Below the pieces are notes generated by a model. That model was not told the DNA's origin, did not search any database, and saw only the letters and a program-made list of their open reading frames with translations. The position numbers and the translations under genes are program-made. From sequence record MN882349.1: DNA of 64,000 nt. The stretch is one strand, 5' to 3'. The DNA comes from Escherichia phage Ec_Makalu_003. This document shows positions 1-10,774 of this stretch, piece by piece. How positions within the stretch are numbered: position 1 is the stretch's first letter; each line of letters starts with the position of its first letter.

Positions 1-269
1 GCTGGTTTAACTTCCCATAAATGCTCCTTGCCATCATCAAACTTAACGTAAAAATCCATAAAGTATCTGTGTCTTTTTCCATCTGTTGATGACTCATAAG
101 GAATTACTACGGTCTCAGATCCCCATTTTGCAACTCTAGGATTGCGGTCTAGCCACTGCATGATCCATCTTTCCCAGCTTGAACGGTATGTGATTTTCCG
201 TATATCCCCTTTATACTTTTCCTTATTCTCAGGAACATACTTGCCCTTATAAGTGTTAGATCCTCCCAT
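1..269 (-). CDS. head completion protein gp4-like, partial (3' end beyond window start)
   Basis: Open minus-strand frame from ATG (267-269) to the window edge, translation MGGSNTYKGKYVPENKEKYKGDIRKITYRSSWERW...; divergent from gene 53 as in T4. Absent from ORF track because no stop lies in the window. Confidence 0.4.
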   Translation of the reverse strand, partial: MGGSNTYKGKYVPENKEKYKGDIRKITYRSSWERWIMQWLDRNPRVAKWGSETVVIPYESSTDGKRHRYFMDFYVKFDDGKEHLWEVKP

Positions 270-284
270 TTTAGCACCCTTTAT

Positions 285-292
285 TATAAATA
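285..292 (+). promoter_or_regulatory. T4-type late promoter TATAAATA upstream of gene 53
   Basis: Exact TATAAATA 33 nt upstream of the gene 53 ATG. Confidence 0.55.
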
Positions 293-324
293 CATAATAC
301 TATTTATCAATTGAGGGTGCTAAA

Positions 325-879
325 ATGCTCTTTTCTTTCTTCCCTGCCATAGAATACAACGGCAAGATGATTACTGACATTGTGCGCAATTACCGCGCAT
401 ATTTCAACGCAATAATTTCTGATTATAACATACAAACATATTACATTCAAGGTAGTCCACGACCGGAACAAGTTGCATATGAAGTATACGGAAACCAGCA
501 ACTTTATTGGATCTTGCTGATGCTTAATGACGTATACGATCCGTTTCATGACTGGATCACCGATCAAGAGACAGCATATGAATCAGCCGAACAACGATAT
601 GCAAATGTAGGAGGAAATCAAGTATTATATCACGTTGATATTGACGGAAACAAGTATTGGAATCTTACCGAATATCCGAAAGGGTCAAGCAATTGGTACG
701 ACAAAGGGGATATTCATCACCGTCATTTGCAGTTTCATGGTGCACTGTCGGCTGTAGACACACTGGAAGATGCGATCCTCCGCAATGAGGAACGACGCAA
801 GATCAAGATCATAGATCCTACACAAATTAAACAATTTATTAACGCATTCATTCGAGAAATGGAAAAGGCTGATGTGTAA
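325..879 (+). CDS. 53: baseplate wedge protein gp53
   Basis: 184 aa; N-terminus MLFSFFPAIEY and YYIQGSPRPE, LYWILLM, NVGGNQ, KIKII segments match recalled T4 gp53 (196 aa); SD GAGGGTG; position before gene 5. Confidence 0.85.
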   Translation: MLFSFFPAIEYNGKMITDIVRNYRAYFNAIISDYNIQTYYIQGSPRPEQVAYEVYGNQQLYWILLMLNDVYDPFHDWITDQETAYESAEQRYANVGGNQVLYHVDIDGNKYWNLTEYPKGSSNWYDKGDIHHRHLQFHGALSAVDTLEDAILRNEERRKIKIIDPTQIKQFINAFIREMEKADV

Positions 880-890
880 GGTGATTAATT

Positions 891-2690
891 ATGCTAATGT
901 TTAATAACTCCGTTAAATGGTTTACCGGAATTGTGGAAAATAGGGAAGACCCGTTAATGTTAGGCCGAGTTCAGGTCAGGATTCATGGTATACATCCTTC
1001 GCTATCCGCACACGGTGACATTCAAGGTCTTCCAACCGAAGATCTATTATGGATTACGCCAGTACAAGATATTACAAGCGCGGCGATCTCCGGTATAGGT
1101 CAAAGCCCTACTGGTATTGTTGAAGGTTCAATGGTATTTGGTTTGGCCTTAGATGAACGTTATTTAAACTGCGTTATTCTGGGTACTATTGCCGGACAAT
1201 ATACAGAGAAACCACTCACTACAGAAGGTTTTTGCGACCCTTCTGGTGCATACCCGCGCTATATTGGTAATGATGTTAATATTCTTGCCCGTGGCGGTAT
1301 TAACCCAGAAACCGGACAAACAACAAAACCTGATAGTGTCTATATTCGAGATGAAAACACTGGAGTTGCAGTAAATCCAGACGACGAGCCATTAGATCAA
1401 ATTCCGGTTGATGATAATCCTGATTTTACAATAGAAAAAATGCTGCGGGGAGATGAGGGATATCGCGAGAAATGGTATCTTGATTCAGAAGGATACCCGA
1501 CAATAGGCATCGGGCATTTGATCATTTATAAGAAAACCAGTGATCTGGGTATTATCAATAATGAACTTTCTAAGCTGGTAGGGCGTGAAGTTACAAACGG
1601 AAGACTTACCGCCGAAGAAGTTAGTAAGGTATTTGCTGACGATATAGAAAAAACTCGTCGTGATATGCGCAAACATCCACGAATTGCACCTGTCTATAAT
1701 AAATGTAATGCTTCTCGTCGTATGGCATTAGAAAATATGGCGTTTCAAATGGGTGTTGGTGGATTGGGTAAATTTAAGAATAGTCTTGCTGCGATGTTAG
1801 CGGAAGAATGGAAACAAGCCTATGATGGATTACGTCAATCAGTATGGGCTAATCAAACTCCGGGACGCTCCAGCCGTGTTTCTAAAATTATTCTTACTGG
1901 CAACTTAGAATCCTATGGCGTAATTGCTCCTAAGAAAGAGGAATCTGTTTCCGATGATCCGCGAGCACGTTTGAGAAATGCCCGTATTGCTGCCTATAAG
2001 ACGCAGAGAGCAGAAGAAGACCCAGAAGCACCGTTTACCCCACAAGACACACGAATCATGTTTAAAGAGCCTAAGAGTTCGTATTCTGCAAGGTATCCAT
2101 ATAACCATGTGTACGAATCAGAGAGCGGTCATATTATCGAGATTGATGATACTCCTTCTCATGAGCGTTATCATCGCAAACATCCTTCTGGTACATTTGA
2201 AGAAACCAGACCGGACGGAACGAGGGTAGAAAAGATTGAAGGCGATGATTATTTGATCGTTAAGCAAGGCCGCAAAGTCAACGTTAAGGGAAATCTGCAA
2301 GTTGTTGTTGAAGGTGACGCGCAAGTTTATTATATGGGTAATGTGATGCAAACCGTTGATGGTAACGTCACTGAATTTATTCGTGGTAATGTTAATCAAA
2401 CCGTTGAAGGTACAGCTAATATGCATGTTGTAGGTGATGTTACCGCACAACTTGACGCTAATTTGACGGCTAACGTCAAGGGTAATGCTGAATTAATGAT
2501 CGAGGGTAACACTACCGAGACAATTAAAGGAAACTATGATTTAACCGTTGAAGGTAATTTTAATATGACCGTCAATGGCACTAAATCAGATCAGGTTAAT
2601 GGTGACTGGTCCCGTAATTGTGGTGCAAGCGTTAAAGATATTGCATCGGGTACAGTTAAAATTGATGGTAGCCGTATTGATCTTGGGTGA
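891..2690 (+). CDS. 5: baseplate hub subunit and tail lysozyme gp5
   Basis: 599 aa; N-terminal NNSVKWFTGIVEN like T4 gp5; central lysozyme segment (YLDSEGYPTIGIGHLI); C-terminal VxGxxxxx beta-helix repeats (VKGNLQVVVEGDAQV...). Confidence 0.9.
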   Translation: MLMFNNSVKWFTGIVENREDPLMLGRVQVRIHGIHPSLSAHGDIQGLPTEDLLWITPVQDITSAAISGIGQSPTGIVEGSMVFGLALDERYLNCVILGTIAGQYTEKPLTTEGFCDPSGAYPRYIGNDVNILARGGINPETGQTTKPDSVYIRDENTGVAVNPDDEPLDQIPVDDNPDFTIEKMLRGDEGYREKWYLDSEGYPTIGIGHLIIYKKTSDLGIINNELSKLVGREVTNGRLTAEEVSKVFADDIEKTRRDMRKHPRIAPVYNKCNASRRMALENMAFQMGVGGLGKFKNSLAAMLAEEWKQAYDGLRQSVWANQTPGRSSRVSKIILTGNLESYGVIAPKKEESVSDDPRARLRNARIAAYKTQRAEEDPEAPFTPQDTRIMFKEPKSSYSARYPYNHVYESESGHIIEIDDTPSHERYHRKHPSGTFEETRPDGTRVEKIEGDDYLIVKQGRKVNVKGNLQVVVEGDAQVYYMGNVMQTVDGNVTEFIRGNVNQTVEGTANMHVVGDVTAQLDANLTANVKGNAELMIEGNTTETIKGNYDLTVEGNFNMTVNGTKSDQVNGDWSRNCGASVKDIASGTVKIDGSRIDLG

Positions 2691-2698
2691 GGTAATTG

Positions 2699-3268
2699 AT
2701 GGTTGAAATTCTTCCTATGAGTTCAAAATTGGAGGATATCAGCGAGCGAGAAATCTTTGAGGTGGTGTTCTCTTATAAGGCAACGCCACCTGATGAAAAT
2801 ACCACATACACGATTAAAGAGTTTAAGATCAGCGAGTATCGCCCTAATAAGGGCGTTACCGTTGAAGAAACTAAAATATCTGGTGAGTATCGGGATAGTT
2901 TTTCGCTTGGCGCGGATTCTCTTAAATATATAACGAAAGATCGAATTAAAAAATCTGCCGGAAGTTTTGATGATTTACCAGATCCAACTACAGCAGATCT
3001 ATATTATTTTAACGCTCCTACACGTCTACAGGAGGTTTATACTTATAAAGTAACCCTAACCTATATCCAATCTGTTTCAGAGTCTTCTGGTGGTTCAGGT
3101 GAAGGAAATAGTGGTGGTTCTAACAGTCGAGAGGGTGCTGGTGAAACTAATCCGCCTCCGGTAGTAACCGAACACACAATAGAGAAAGTTTATACTCAAA
3201 CTGTTTTTGGAAATTGGGATGTGTGGAGTAAACAGTTAAGAGATTATGTTAGAAGAAGTGAGGGATAA
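2699..3268 (+). CDS. hypothetical protein at the T4 gene 5.1 position
   Basis: ATG at 2699 with SD TGAGGT; track ORF begins at an in-frame TTG 2696. Gly/Ser-rich C-terminal segment; no recognisable domain. Confidence 0.6.
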   Translation: MVEILPMSSKLEDISEREIFEVVFSYKATPPDENTTYTIKEFKISEYRPNKGVTVEETKISGEYRDSFSLGADSLKYITKDRIKKSAGSFDDLPDPTTADLYYFNAPTRLQEVYTYKVTLTYIQSVSESSGGSGEGNSGGSNSREGAGETNPPPVVTEHTIEKVYTQTVFGNWDVWSKQLRDYVRRSEG

Positions 3269-3269
3269 T

Positions 3270-3809
3270 ATGATTGAAGTAATTCATTACACCAAAGAAG
3301 ATGAAATTTTATATAATAGACTACATGAACTATTTTATGAAGTTGATGGAAAGGTTTATAGAAGGTTCTCTCGTGGGCGTTCTAAAGCAGGAAGTCTAGT
3401 TGGTGGATTGAAGATAAATCCGTGTGGATATAGATATTGGAGACTTGCTGTTGATGGTAAAGAGTTTCAGAGGTCTCATGTTGTTTATCATATGCATCAC
3501 GGACACACTCCAAGAAAACCACTACAAATAGATCATATTAACACAAACTCCCTTGACGACCGAGTTAGCAATTTAAGACCAGCAACCGTTACTCAACAAA
3601 TGTACAACCAAAATAAACAATCCGATTGCACATCTTCATATATTGGTGTTAATTGGAATAAAAACTCCAAAAAATGGGAAGCTAGAATTAGAGTTAATGG
3701 AAAACGAATCCGTTTAGGTCTATTTGATAATGAAATTGACGCTGCGATTGCCTATAACACCGCTGCATTATCTAGAGATTCAAAAGTTAACAAATTAAAC
3801 GATGTATGA
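3270..3809 (+). CDS. HNH homing endonuclease with AP2-type DNA-binding domain
   Basis: HNH segment HMHHGHTPRKPLQIDHINTNSLDDRVSNLRP; AP2-like YIGVNWNKNSKKWEARIRVNGKRIRLGLFDNEIDAAIAYN. Start 3270 chosen (SD GAGGGA); in-frame ATG 3246 also possible. Free-standing between 5.1 and 5.4. Confidence 0.75.
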   Translation: MIEVIHYTKEDEILYNRLHELFYEVDGKVYRRFSRGRSKAGSLVGGLKINPCGYRYWRLAVDGKEFQRSHVVYHMHHGHTPRKPLQIDHINTNSLDDRVSNLRPATVTQQMYNQNKQSDCTSSYIGVNWNKNSKKWEARIRVNGKRIRLGLFDNEIDAAIAYNTAALSRDSKVNKLNDV

Positions 3810-3824
3810 ATATGGGGGTGTTTA

Positions 3825-4118
3825 ATGGCTGGATTATCCTACGATAAAGCTAAAACTACAGGGCACGGAAACTACCCACCTACGGTAATTAATGCAACTC
3901 AATCTAAGGTATTTGTTGAGGGTATCCCTGTATTAGTCGAAGGAGACCCAATTACACCACATACAAAAACAACAAAACCTTATGATACACACGGGGGAAC
4001 TACGGTCGCCAGTACCCCGAAAGTATTTGTTACCGGAAAGAAAGCAATTCAAATGGCAGATCGTATTAGCTGTGGCGATACCGTCGCTATGGCATCACCG
4101 AAGGTATTCATAAAATGA
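3825..4118 (+). CDS. 5.4: PAAR-repeat baseplate spike tip protein gp5.4
   Basis: 97 aa, same size as T4 gp5.4; PAAR-like segments ([27 protein letters not shown]); directly precedes gene 6. Confidence 0.75.
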   Translation: MAGLSYDKAKTTGHGNYPPTVINATQSKVFVEGIPVLVEGDPITPHTKTTKPYDTHGGTTVASTPKVFVTGKKAIQMADRISCGDTVAMASPKVFIK

Positions 4119-6019
4119 CAAAGCAAAAGATTACACAAATTCCTGATATTTTTAATGCTGCTACATTCGATGAAATTAAAAGCGCATTAACCGACTGGAT
4201 GAGAAACCAGGAAGAATTTAAAGATTTTGATTTTAATGGTGCTGGTATTAACGTATTGATGGACTTGCTCGCATATAACACTCTGTATATTCAGCAATTC
4301 GCCAACGCCGCGCTATATGAATCTTTTATCAGAACGGCAATTAAGCGTAGTTCAGTTGTTCAAGCCGCGCAAGATTTAGGATATTTGCCAGCGAGTAAAA
4401 CTAGTGCATCGACTACAATTATGTTGCATGTTTCCCATCCACGAAATCCGGCAAGTATTCGAATCCCACGAGGGACTAAATTTATTGCAAGTGTGGATCG
4501 CCAGACTTCTTACCCATTTGTTACTACAGAAGACGTTGTGAGCGTTTTAGGTTCAAATGGTTTATATACGCCTATGCTTAAAGTCGCACAAGGTCGTATT
4601 GTTCGTACAGAAATGTTATTTGATCCGAAGAAACAAATTCTGATCCGTGACCCTGATATTGACCGCGCTCAGGTTAAATTGTGGGTGGACGGTGCTGAAT
4701 GGAAAGACTGGACACGAGAAAGTATTGTTAATGCAACTGGCGCAAGCAATATTTTCTATATGCGTGAAACCGTAGACGGACATACAGAAATTTTCTTTGG
4801 TGAAGGTGAATCAACCTTATCTGCGGCTGGCGGGGCGCTGGAAGCAAATTATATTGGTGGACTTAAGCCGTCAACTGGCGCTAATATTGTTATCGAATAT
4901 ATCAGCACTAAGGGCGCGGAAGCAAACGGTTCAGTTAATTTCACATACGCGGATACCCTTGCATCTATCTCTATTGTTAAAATTATTGAGAATCCGACAA
5001 ATGATCGTGATTATGTCGGTGCAGATGGTGGTGGTGATCCTGAATCAATCGAACGTATCCGTGAACTTGCTCCGGTAATGCGTGAATCTCAGCGTCGTTG
5101 TGTAACTGCTTCCGACTACGAGGCTTTTGTTTCTAGCCGTTTTGGTAGTATTGTTCAGGCGGTACAATGTTTCACCGACCGAGAGAAACCGGGTTATGCT
5201 TTTGTTGCTGTTAAGCCTAAATCTGGATTGCGCTTGACAACTGTTCAAAAAGAAGATATGCGCGATTATCTGGCAAAATATAATCTTGCCCCTATCACAC
5301 CGAGCATCATTGACCCTAACTATCTGTATATTAAACAGAATATTAAAGTTTCCTATTCAATCAACGACTTGTCAGAATCAGAGCAGTGGTTGCGTGGTGC
5401 GGTCATTGATCAGATTGATGCATATTACACCGACGAAGTGGAAATTTTTAACCAGACCTTTAGTAAGTCTAAAATGCTTGCGCGCATCGACAAAGCTGAT
5501 GTATCTGTGATAGGTTCTAGTGCAGAAATCGAGATGGTGCGAGAGATCGACAACTTCTATAAAGCACCGATGGCTGGAATCAAGTTTTTAAACCAGTATA
5601 AGAGCGGAATCAAGTCTAGTTCATTCAACTTCGAAAAGGACGACAAGCAATATCCGATCCATTATGTAAGTACAGAAATGAACAAAGAATCCGGTTTAGC
5701 TAAATTGCTGGTTGGACCTTTCCCTGTTGGTTCTGCAATCGCTTTACCGCACTATTCCGGCACTGATTTTGATAAAGAGGTTATCGACGGTGCGGACCTA
5801 TACTTTGAGGTTGGAGAGGTTCAGCATTATGACGACCTTATTTCATGGGATCTGGGTAAACTGAATATCAATAGCGATCGCTTTACTGGTTCATATATTG
5901 AGTTGACAGCTAAACCGATTGCTGATAACATCTTTACTAAAGACGGTTCTTTGATCGTGTTTGAAAACGATCTCCGTCCTCAGTACACAACTATTAGTCT
6001 GGAGGCAATTGCTCAATGA
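4115..6019 (+). CDS. 6: baseplate wedge subunit gp6
   Basis: 634 aa (T4 gp6 660 aa); start overlaps gene 5.4 stop; gene order. Confidence 0.85.
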   Translation: MTKQKITQIPDIFNAATFDEIKSALTDWMRNQEEFKDFDFNGAGINVLMDLLAYNTLYIQQFANAALYESFIRTAIKRSSVVQAAQDLGYLPASKTSASTTIMLHVSHPRNPASIRIPRGTKFIASVDRQTSYPFVTTEDVVSVLGSNGLYTPMLKVAQGRIVRTEMLFDPKKQILIRDPDIDRAQVKLWVDGAEWKDWTRESIVNATGASNIFYMRETVDGHTEIFFGEGESTLSAAGGALEANYIGGLKPSTGANIVIEYISTKGAEANGSVNFTYADTLASISIVKIIENPTNDRDYVGADGGGDPESIERIRELAPVMRESQRRCVTASDYEAFVSSRFGSIVQAVQCFTDREKPGYAFVAVKPKSGLRLTTVQKEDMRDYLAKYNLAPITPSIIDPNYLYIKQNIKVSYSINDLSESEQWLRGAVIDQIDAYYTDEVEIFNQTFSKSKMLARIDKADVSVIGSSAEIEMVREIDNFYKAPMAGIKFLNQYKSGIKSSSFNFEKDDKQYPIHYVSTEMNKESGLAKLLVGPFPVGSAIALPHYSGTDFDKEVIDGADLYFEVGEVQHYDDLISWDLGKLNINSDRFTGSYIELTAKPIADNIFTKDGSLIVFENDLRPQYTTISLEAIAQ

Positions 6020-9000
6020 TTAAAGCGCCTAGTGTAACTAGCTTGACAATAGAAAAATTGTCTGCTAATCAGGCGTATATCACATGGGATGACGTAGGCG
6101 AAAACTTCTTTTATTTTGTAGAGTTAGCCGAAACCAGAACACGAGACGGGGAGATCATCCCCGTCGATGAGTTAAGCTGGGTAAACCTGGGATATACTGC
6201 CGATCAAAACTGGTTTGAGGATAAAAACCTTTTTCCAGAATATTATTACAAGTTTCGTGTAGCAGTAGCCGCAGAAGGATTCGAACAAAGTAAATGGATT
6301 GAAACCGAAGAGTTTCAGACATTTAAGACAAACGCATATAATTTTTCTATGATGCGAGAGTTCAACCTTGCAAACGAGTTTATAAAGGAAAAATTTACAT
6401 ACGATAATAGAGAGTATGTCAAGTTTAATACTGACCTGATTCAAGCATCATTGATGAAGGAAGATTTTGTCTTTAGTCCTGAATATGCAAACATGACCAA
6501 TATCTCAAACTACATTGTAGTTGATGAGAACTTTCATGAAATACAGGACCACATAGAAAAAGTTTGTACTGATATAAACCGCACGATGTTAGCGGAAATG
6601 AACGGTGTTTTGTACCTTTTCGAACGGTTCCAGCCGATCGTGAAAGTGTCAAATGATAAAGGTCAATCATGGAAAGCATACAAGGCTTTTAATGACCGTG
6701 TAGGCAATCCGGTTTCCCGTACATGCGTTTATCAGTCTAAAACCACTACTTACGTTTTAGGATATGACCGAATCTTTTACGGACGACAAGCGAGCGATAC
6801 TAGATGGAGCGCGGACGATGTTCGATTTAGTGATGATACGATCACTTTTGCAAAGGTTGGTGACGAAAACGACTTAGGGTTTGATGTTGAGGTCTTTGGT
6901 GTATTTTCCAGATTAACAGGTGATACCACAAAATACGCCGAAGCTATGGCGTGCAGTGATGACTATTTGTGGGTTGGTGCTAAGGATGTTATTCGCCGGA
7001 TTCGTCTTAAGAATACTCCAGTTGATACCGTTCAGGGTTCGCCTACATTTGGGGAAAAGATATTTGACCCTGATATTATCCGAGTAACAGGAAATGACAA
7101 AGCTGTTATTCAGAAAATGGATGTTGTTGACGGAAAATTACTGGTATTTGTTACGGGTGAAGTTAAACAGCGTTATCAAGATCCGACCAAACCAGAAAAC
7201 GTTGTACCGTCAGATGATGCTGGTGTATACTTAATAGGGAGTGATGGTCTGTCTTTTCAGAGAGTATTTGGCAACACTCCGCAGGAAAGGGAATATATTC
7301 AGCACGGGTTCAGTAATATGTCAACCAATGGTGATGAGGTGTTCATAAGCCATTATAATCATCACTTCGAAAGCATTTTACCTGATCCAGAAACTGCCGC
7401 AAAATATGAATTAGGCGAAGCTGTGAAATATTCTCAGGAGCCAACTTATCTAACTGATAAGAAAATACATCAAACGACTTTCAGAGCAAGTTATGATGAT
7501 TTGCGTATTTGGGAGTTAGGACCGCAAGCGTATTATAATGAGGCTGATTATACATGGATGCGTCGAAACGGTGTCCGTGTGTGGATCACAAATGATAATC
7601 GCCCGTTGGTTGTTTATCCAGAGGTTATCTATACCCAAGAAGTTGATACATCTGGCATTCTTGACCAAAATAGGGTCAACCGAGAAGTTTATGATAAAGG
7701 GACCGTGACCTGTTATCTTAACAATGTTAAATTTGAAGGGTTCAAACAATATGCATCCGGTGTAATGTTCCATAAAAACACGGGAGAGATCATTGGATTC
7801 TATCAATTTAATTATCGTGTTCGTGACCAAGTTGGTGTATATTGGAAACCTACAAATGTAGCATTTGTTGCTGAATTACAAAATCAGGTTCGAGAGGTTC
7901 CCTGGGTTCCTGTTCATTATGACAGAGAGCAAGACCCAGATTTACGGCCTTTACTGAATAAGATGACCCCGGATAGCTTTTTGCTTGAGAACGAAAATTT
8001 CAGAAAATTCTCTGAATATTATCTGCAATTCTTAAGTGATGGTTCAGGAACATATTATAATAAACTAAAAAATCTGATTAAAAACAAATACCCACGCGAG
8101 CAAGATGCATATGAGTATCTTTGGTCAGAGATGAACAAACGAAACATCTATGCAGATAAAAACAAGCGAGATGCGGTAGTAAGATTCTTCGAATCCCGCA
8201 AATCAGATTTTTATTCCACTAAGGGCGTGGAGGCTTCTTATAAGTTCTTGTTTAAGTTACTTTATAATGAAGATGTGGAAATTGAGGTTGAATCGCAAGC
8301 CGGACTAGAGTATGATATTGTTGTTAGTTCAACGAACATTGACGAGGATATCGTAGGTCGCACGATCTATACTCCAACCGGACGGGCTAACGTGACGTAT
8401 CTTGAAAGGGAATATGAAGGTGGTCGCCTACGCTGGCGAGTAACCATTCATAACCTGATCGGGCGGTTCGAAGAAGGTCAAGTGATCAAATCAGAGAAAA
8501 CAGCGTTTGAAGGGATGATCCTTGTTGGTGTACGTGGTAAAGAGTTGTTGAGTAGTTCAATCGACTATATCAACCGCTCACGAAGCCAATACACCATGAA
8601 GATTAAAAGTGCATTACCAGTTTCGCGCTATGCAAATGATGTAATGCGATTCGTTCATCCTGTCGGCTTTGGGTTTATCGGTGTTACCCTGCTTACGATG
8701 TTCATTAACAGCGGGTTGAGCATGAAGCACACCGAGACTATAATTCAATCTCTGAAAAATTATAAGTTTGACAGCGGATTGCCTAGCGTGTATCCTGATC
8801 GGGTGGCAGACCTTGACGTTGACGGAAACATTAAGAAAGACCCGCTTACCGGAAAAGCATTATATTTGACTTCACCTTTAATCGGTGAAGAATTTCCGGT
8901 TCCTCCTGAATATGATCAGGAGAACAGCGAATTGTTCCACGGACTTAAAGCAAGCGAACGAAGATTTGCAATGAGTCCACTGTTTGACCAGTCGGCGGTA

Positions 9001-9102
9001 TCATTCTCTATGTTCCGTGAACTTGTAGATAAACGGTTGAAGGATAATATAGGGAATCCACGCGATCCGAAGAATCCGACACAGAGGAAAATTAATGGCT
9101 AA
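6016..9102 (+). CDS. 7: baseplate wedge subunit gp7
   Basis: 1028 aa (T4 gp7 1032 aa); overlapping start/stop with genes 6 and 8. Confidence 0.85.
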   Translation: MIKAPSVTSLTIEKLSANQAYITWDDVGENFFYFVELAETRTRDGEIIPVDELSWVNLGYTADQNWFEDKNLFPEYYYKFRVAVAAEGFEQSKWIETEEFQTFKTNAYNFSMMREFNLANEFIKEKFTYDNREYVKFNTDLIQASLMKEDFVFSPEYANMTNISNYIVVDENFHEIQDHIEKVCTDINRTMLAEMNGVLYLFERFQPIVKVSNDKGQSWKAYKAFNDRVGNPVSRTCVYQSKTTTYVLGYDRIFYGRQASDTRWSADDVRFSDDTITFAKVGDENDLGFDVEVFGVFSRLTGDTTKYAEAMACSDDYLWVGAKDVIRRIRLKNTPVDTVQGSPTFGEKIFDPDIIRVTGNDKAVIQKMDVVDGKLLVFVTGEVKQRYQDPTKPENVVPSDDAGVYLIGSDGLSFQRVFGNTPQEREYIQHGFSNMSTNGDEVFISHYNHHFESILPDPETAAKYELGEAVKYSQEPTYLTDKKIHQTTFRASYDDLRIWELGPQAYYNEADYTWMRRNGVRVWITNDNRPLVVYPEVIYTQEVDTSGILDQNRVNREVYDKGTVTCYLNNVKFEGFKQYASGVMFHKNTGEIIGFYQFNYRVRDQVGVYWKPTNVAFVAELQNQVREVPWVPVHYDREQDPDLRPLLNKMTPDSFLLENENFRKFSEYYLQFLSDGSGTYYNKLKNLIKNKYPREQDAYEYLWSEMNKRNIYADKNKRDAVVRFFESRKSDFYSTKGVEASYKFLFKLLYNEDVEIEVESQAGLEYDIVVSSTNIDEDIVGRTIYTPTGRANVTYLEREYEGGRLRWRVTIHNLIGRFEEGQVIKSEKTAFEGMILVGVRGKELLSSSIDYINRSRSQYTMKIKSALPVSRYANDVMRFVHPVGFGFIGVTLLTMFINSGLSMKHTETIIQSLKNYKFDSGLPSVYPDRVADLDVDGNIKKDPLTGKALYLTSPLIGEEFPVPPEYDQENSELFHGLKASERRFAMSPLFDQSAVSFSMFRELVDKRLKDNIGNPRDPKNPTQRKING

Positions 9103-10090
9103 TGAAAATAGTGTGATCTATCGCTCAATCATTACTAGTAAATTCAGAACGGAAAAACTTCTGAATTTCTATAATTCTGTAGGCGATGGGGCAAATCAAA
9201 TTACAATTTATGGAACGTTTGGACGTTCGGAGCCGTGGTCAGAAAACGAAAAAGAGGTGGGCTTTGCCCCACCTTATCCGACCGATTCAACGGCTGGTGT
9301 TGTTGACATGTGGACCCATATGATGGGGGCGGTTAAGATTAATAAATCACTTCTTGATGCGGTTATCCCTCGTAAAGATTGGGGTGATACCGGACAGGAT
9401 AACCCGCGCACATTCTTTATCAATGACATTGTTGTTGTCAACTCAGCACCATATAACCGAACTGATGTTGGTAGCGGCTGGATGGTGTATCGCGTAACCG
9501 ATGTTCCTGATCGCGGTTACTGCTCGATTTCAAGCATTGACGCTAAAGTCGAGTGTTTGAAGTTGGGCGGAAAGTGGACACCTACTCATGAATCAATCGC
9601 GCCACCTGTAGGAAAGGGCGATTCTATTGATATGGGTGATGGGTATCGTTGGGAATATCTGTACACAATTCCACCTGATGCGGCGATCAACCGTTGCACC
9701 AATGAACATATTGTTGTACCGTTCCCCGATGAACTGCGACAAGATCCGGCGCGCTGGGGCTACGACAATGTGATCACATGGTATAATGACTATAATCTGC
9801 TTTATCGGCTGAAAGTAGTAACTTTGCGTTTTCAGGCTTATATGGACTCTGCGCAATTCCCAACTACCGCGTTAGTGGGTAATACTGGTTTCCGTCAGTT
9901 AAGCATTATCCTTAACCCATTGGAAAAGAAAGCACGCCCTAGCGATCCAGACGTTAAAGCGGTTCAAGATAAGTACCGTCCGCAAGACTTAGAGCCACAC
10001 TCAGGCGAAATGATCTACATGGAAAACCGACAACCTATCGTTCGGTCATTAGATCAAACAGAACTTGTTTCTGTACTGTTTGAGTTCTAA
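9095..10090 (+). CDS. 8: baseplate wedge subunit gp8
   Basis: 331 aa (T4 gp8 334 aa); gene order. Confidence 0.8.
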   Translation: MANENSVIYRSIITSKFRTEKLLNFYNSVGDGANQITIYGTFGRSEPWSENEKEVGFAPPYPTDSTAGVVDMWTHMMGAVKINKSLLDAVIPRKDWGDTGQDNPRTFFINDIVVVNSAPYNRTDVGSGWMVYRVTDVPDRGYCSISSIDAKVECLKLGGKWTPTHESIAPPVGKGDSIDMGDGYRWEYLYTIPPDAAINRCTNEHIVVPFPDELRQDPARWGYDNVITWYNDYNLLYRLKVVTLRFQAYMDSAQFPTTALVGNTGFRQLSIILNPLEKKARPSDPDVKAVQDKYRPQDLEPHSGEMIYMENRQPIVRSLDQTELVSVLFEF

Positions 10091-10102
10091 GTGTATGATT
10101 TA

Positions 10103-10131
10103 AAAGCCAATTCGAGAGAGTTGGCTTTTTC
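10103..10131 (+). terminator. rho-independent terminator after gene 8
   Basis: Hairpin AAAGCCAATTCGAGAGAGTTGGCTTT followed by TTTTT. Confidence 0.7.
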
Positions 10132-10142
10132 TATTTTGGGTG

Positions 10143-10170
10143 TTGACAATCTTGTCTGATAAGGTATAAT
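10143..10170 (+). promoter_or_regulatory. sigma70-type early promoter (TTGACA-16-TATAAT)
   Basis: TTGACA 10143-10148 and TATAAT 10165-10170, 30 nt upstream of the ATG at 10200 with SD GGAGGA. Confidence 0.65.
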
Positions 10171-10199
10171 GCTCACATCTAAACAACGGAGGATAAATT

Positions 10200-10457
10200 A
10201 TGGCACGTCGTAAATTTACAGATAATTGTGAAGCAATTCAGGTATCCCCTTGCGGTTGGGATGTGATCGCGAAAGGTGAAAAGATCGGAGAGATCATCGA
10301 TCATACTCATTCATCACTAGCCGATTACACCGATGAACTGTGGGAGGGTATCAACTTCATGAATGACACTAAACGATTCAAGACTATCGACGAAGCTATC
10401 TATTTTGTGTATAATCCAACTTTCGGTATGTGGACTGATAGAAAATGGCACGCGTAA
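10200..10457 (+). CDS. hypothetical protein (early cassette ORF 1)
   Basis: 85 aa; strong SD GGAGGA; first gene after the early promoter. Confidence 0.6.
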   Translation: MARRKFTDNCEAIQVSPCGWDVIAKGEKIGEIIDHTHSSLADYTDELWEGINFMNDTKRFKTIDEAIYFVYNPTFGMWTDRKWHA

Positions 10458-10774
10458 ATATTAAACGGCATTATACAATGGGTAAACCAAAACATCCAAT
10501 GCATAAAGTGTTTTGGGGCTTACATCTTCAAGAAAAATGGCATGATAACTATTGGTTTTGTGACCATGATAAGAAGTGGCATTCTCAAGATGAAGTTAAT
10601 GCGATGATGGAACAGGGTATAAAGTTTAATTACTCTAATTATGACCATAGCATTACTTGTATTCGAAAATTGAAACGGTTTATTCGAAAGAATCCACAAT
10701 TTAAAAACTTTGTGTTCTTTATGTCTCATGTTTATTTGGGGCATAGCGTTACCGTAACAGCAAAGGTTAAATAA
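10445..10774 (+). CDS. hypothetical protein (early cassette ORF 2)
   Basis: 109 aa, His/Trp-rich; start overlaps upstream stop (translational coupling). Confidence 0.55.
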   Translation: MARVNIKRHYTMGKPKHPMHKVFWGLHLQEKWHDNYWFCDHDKKWHSQDEVNAMMEQGIKFNYSNYDHSITCIRKLKRFIRKNPQFKNFVFFMSHVYLGHSVTVTAKVK

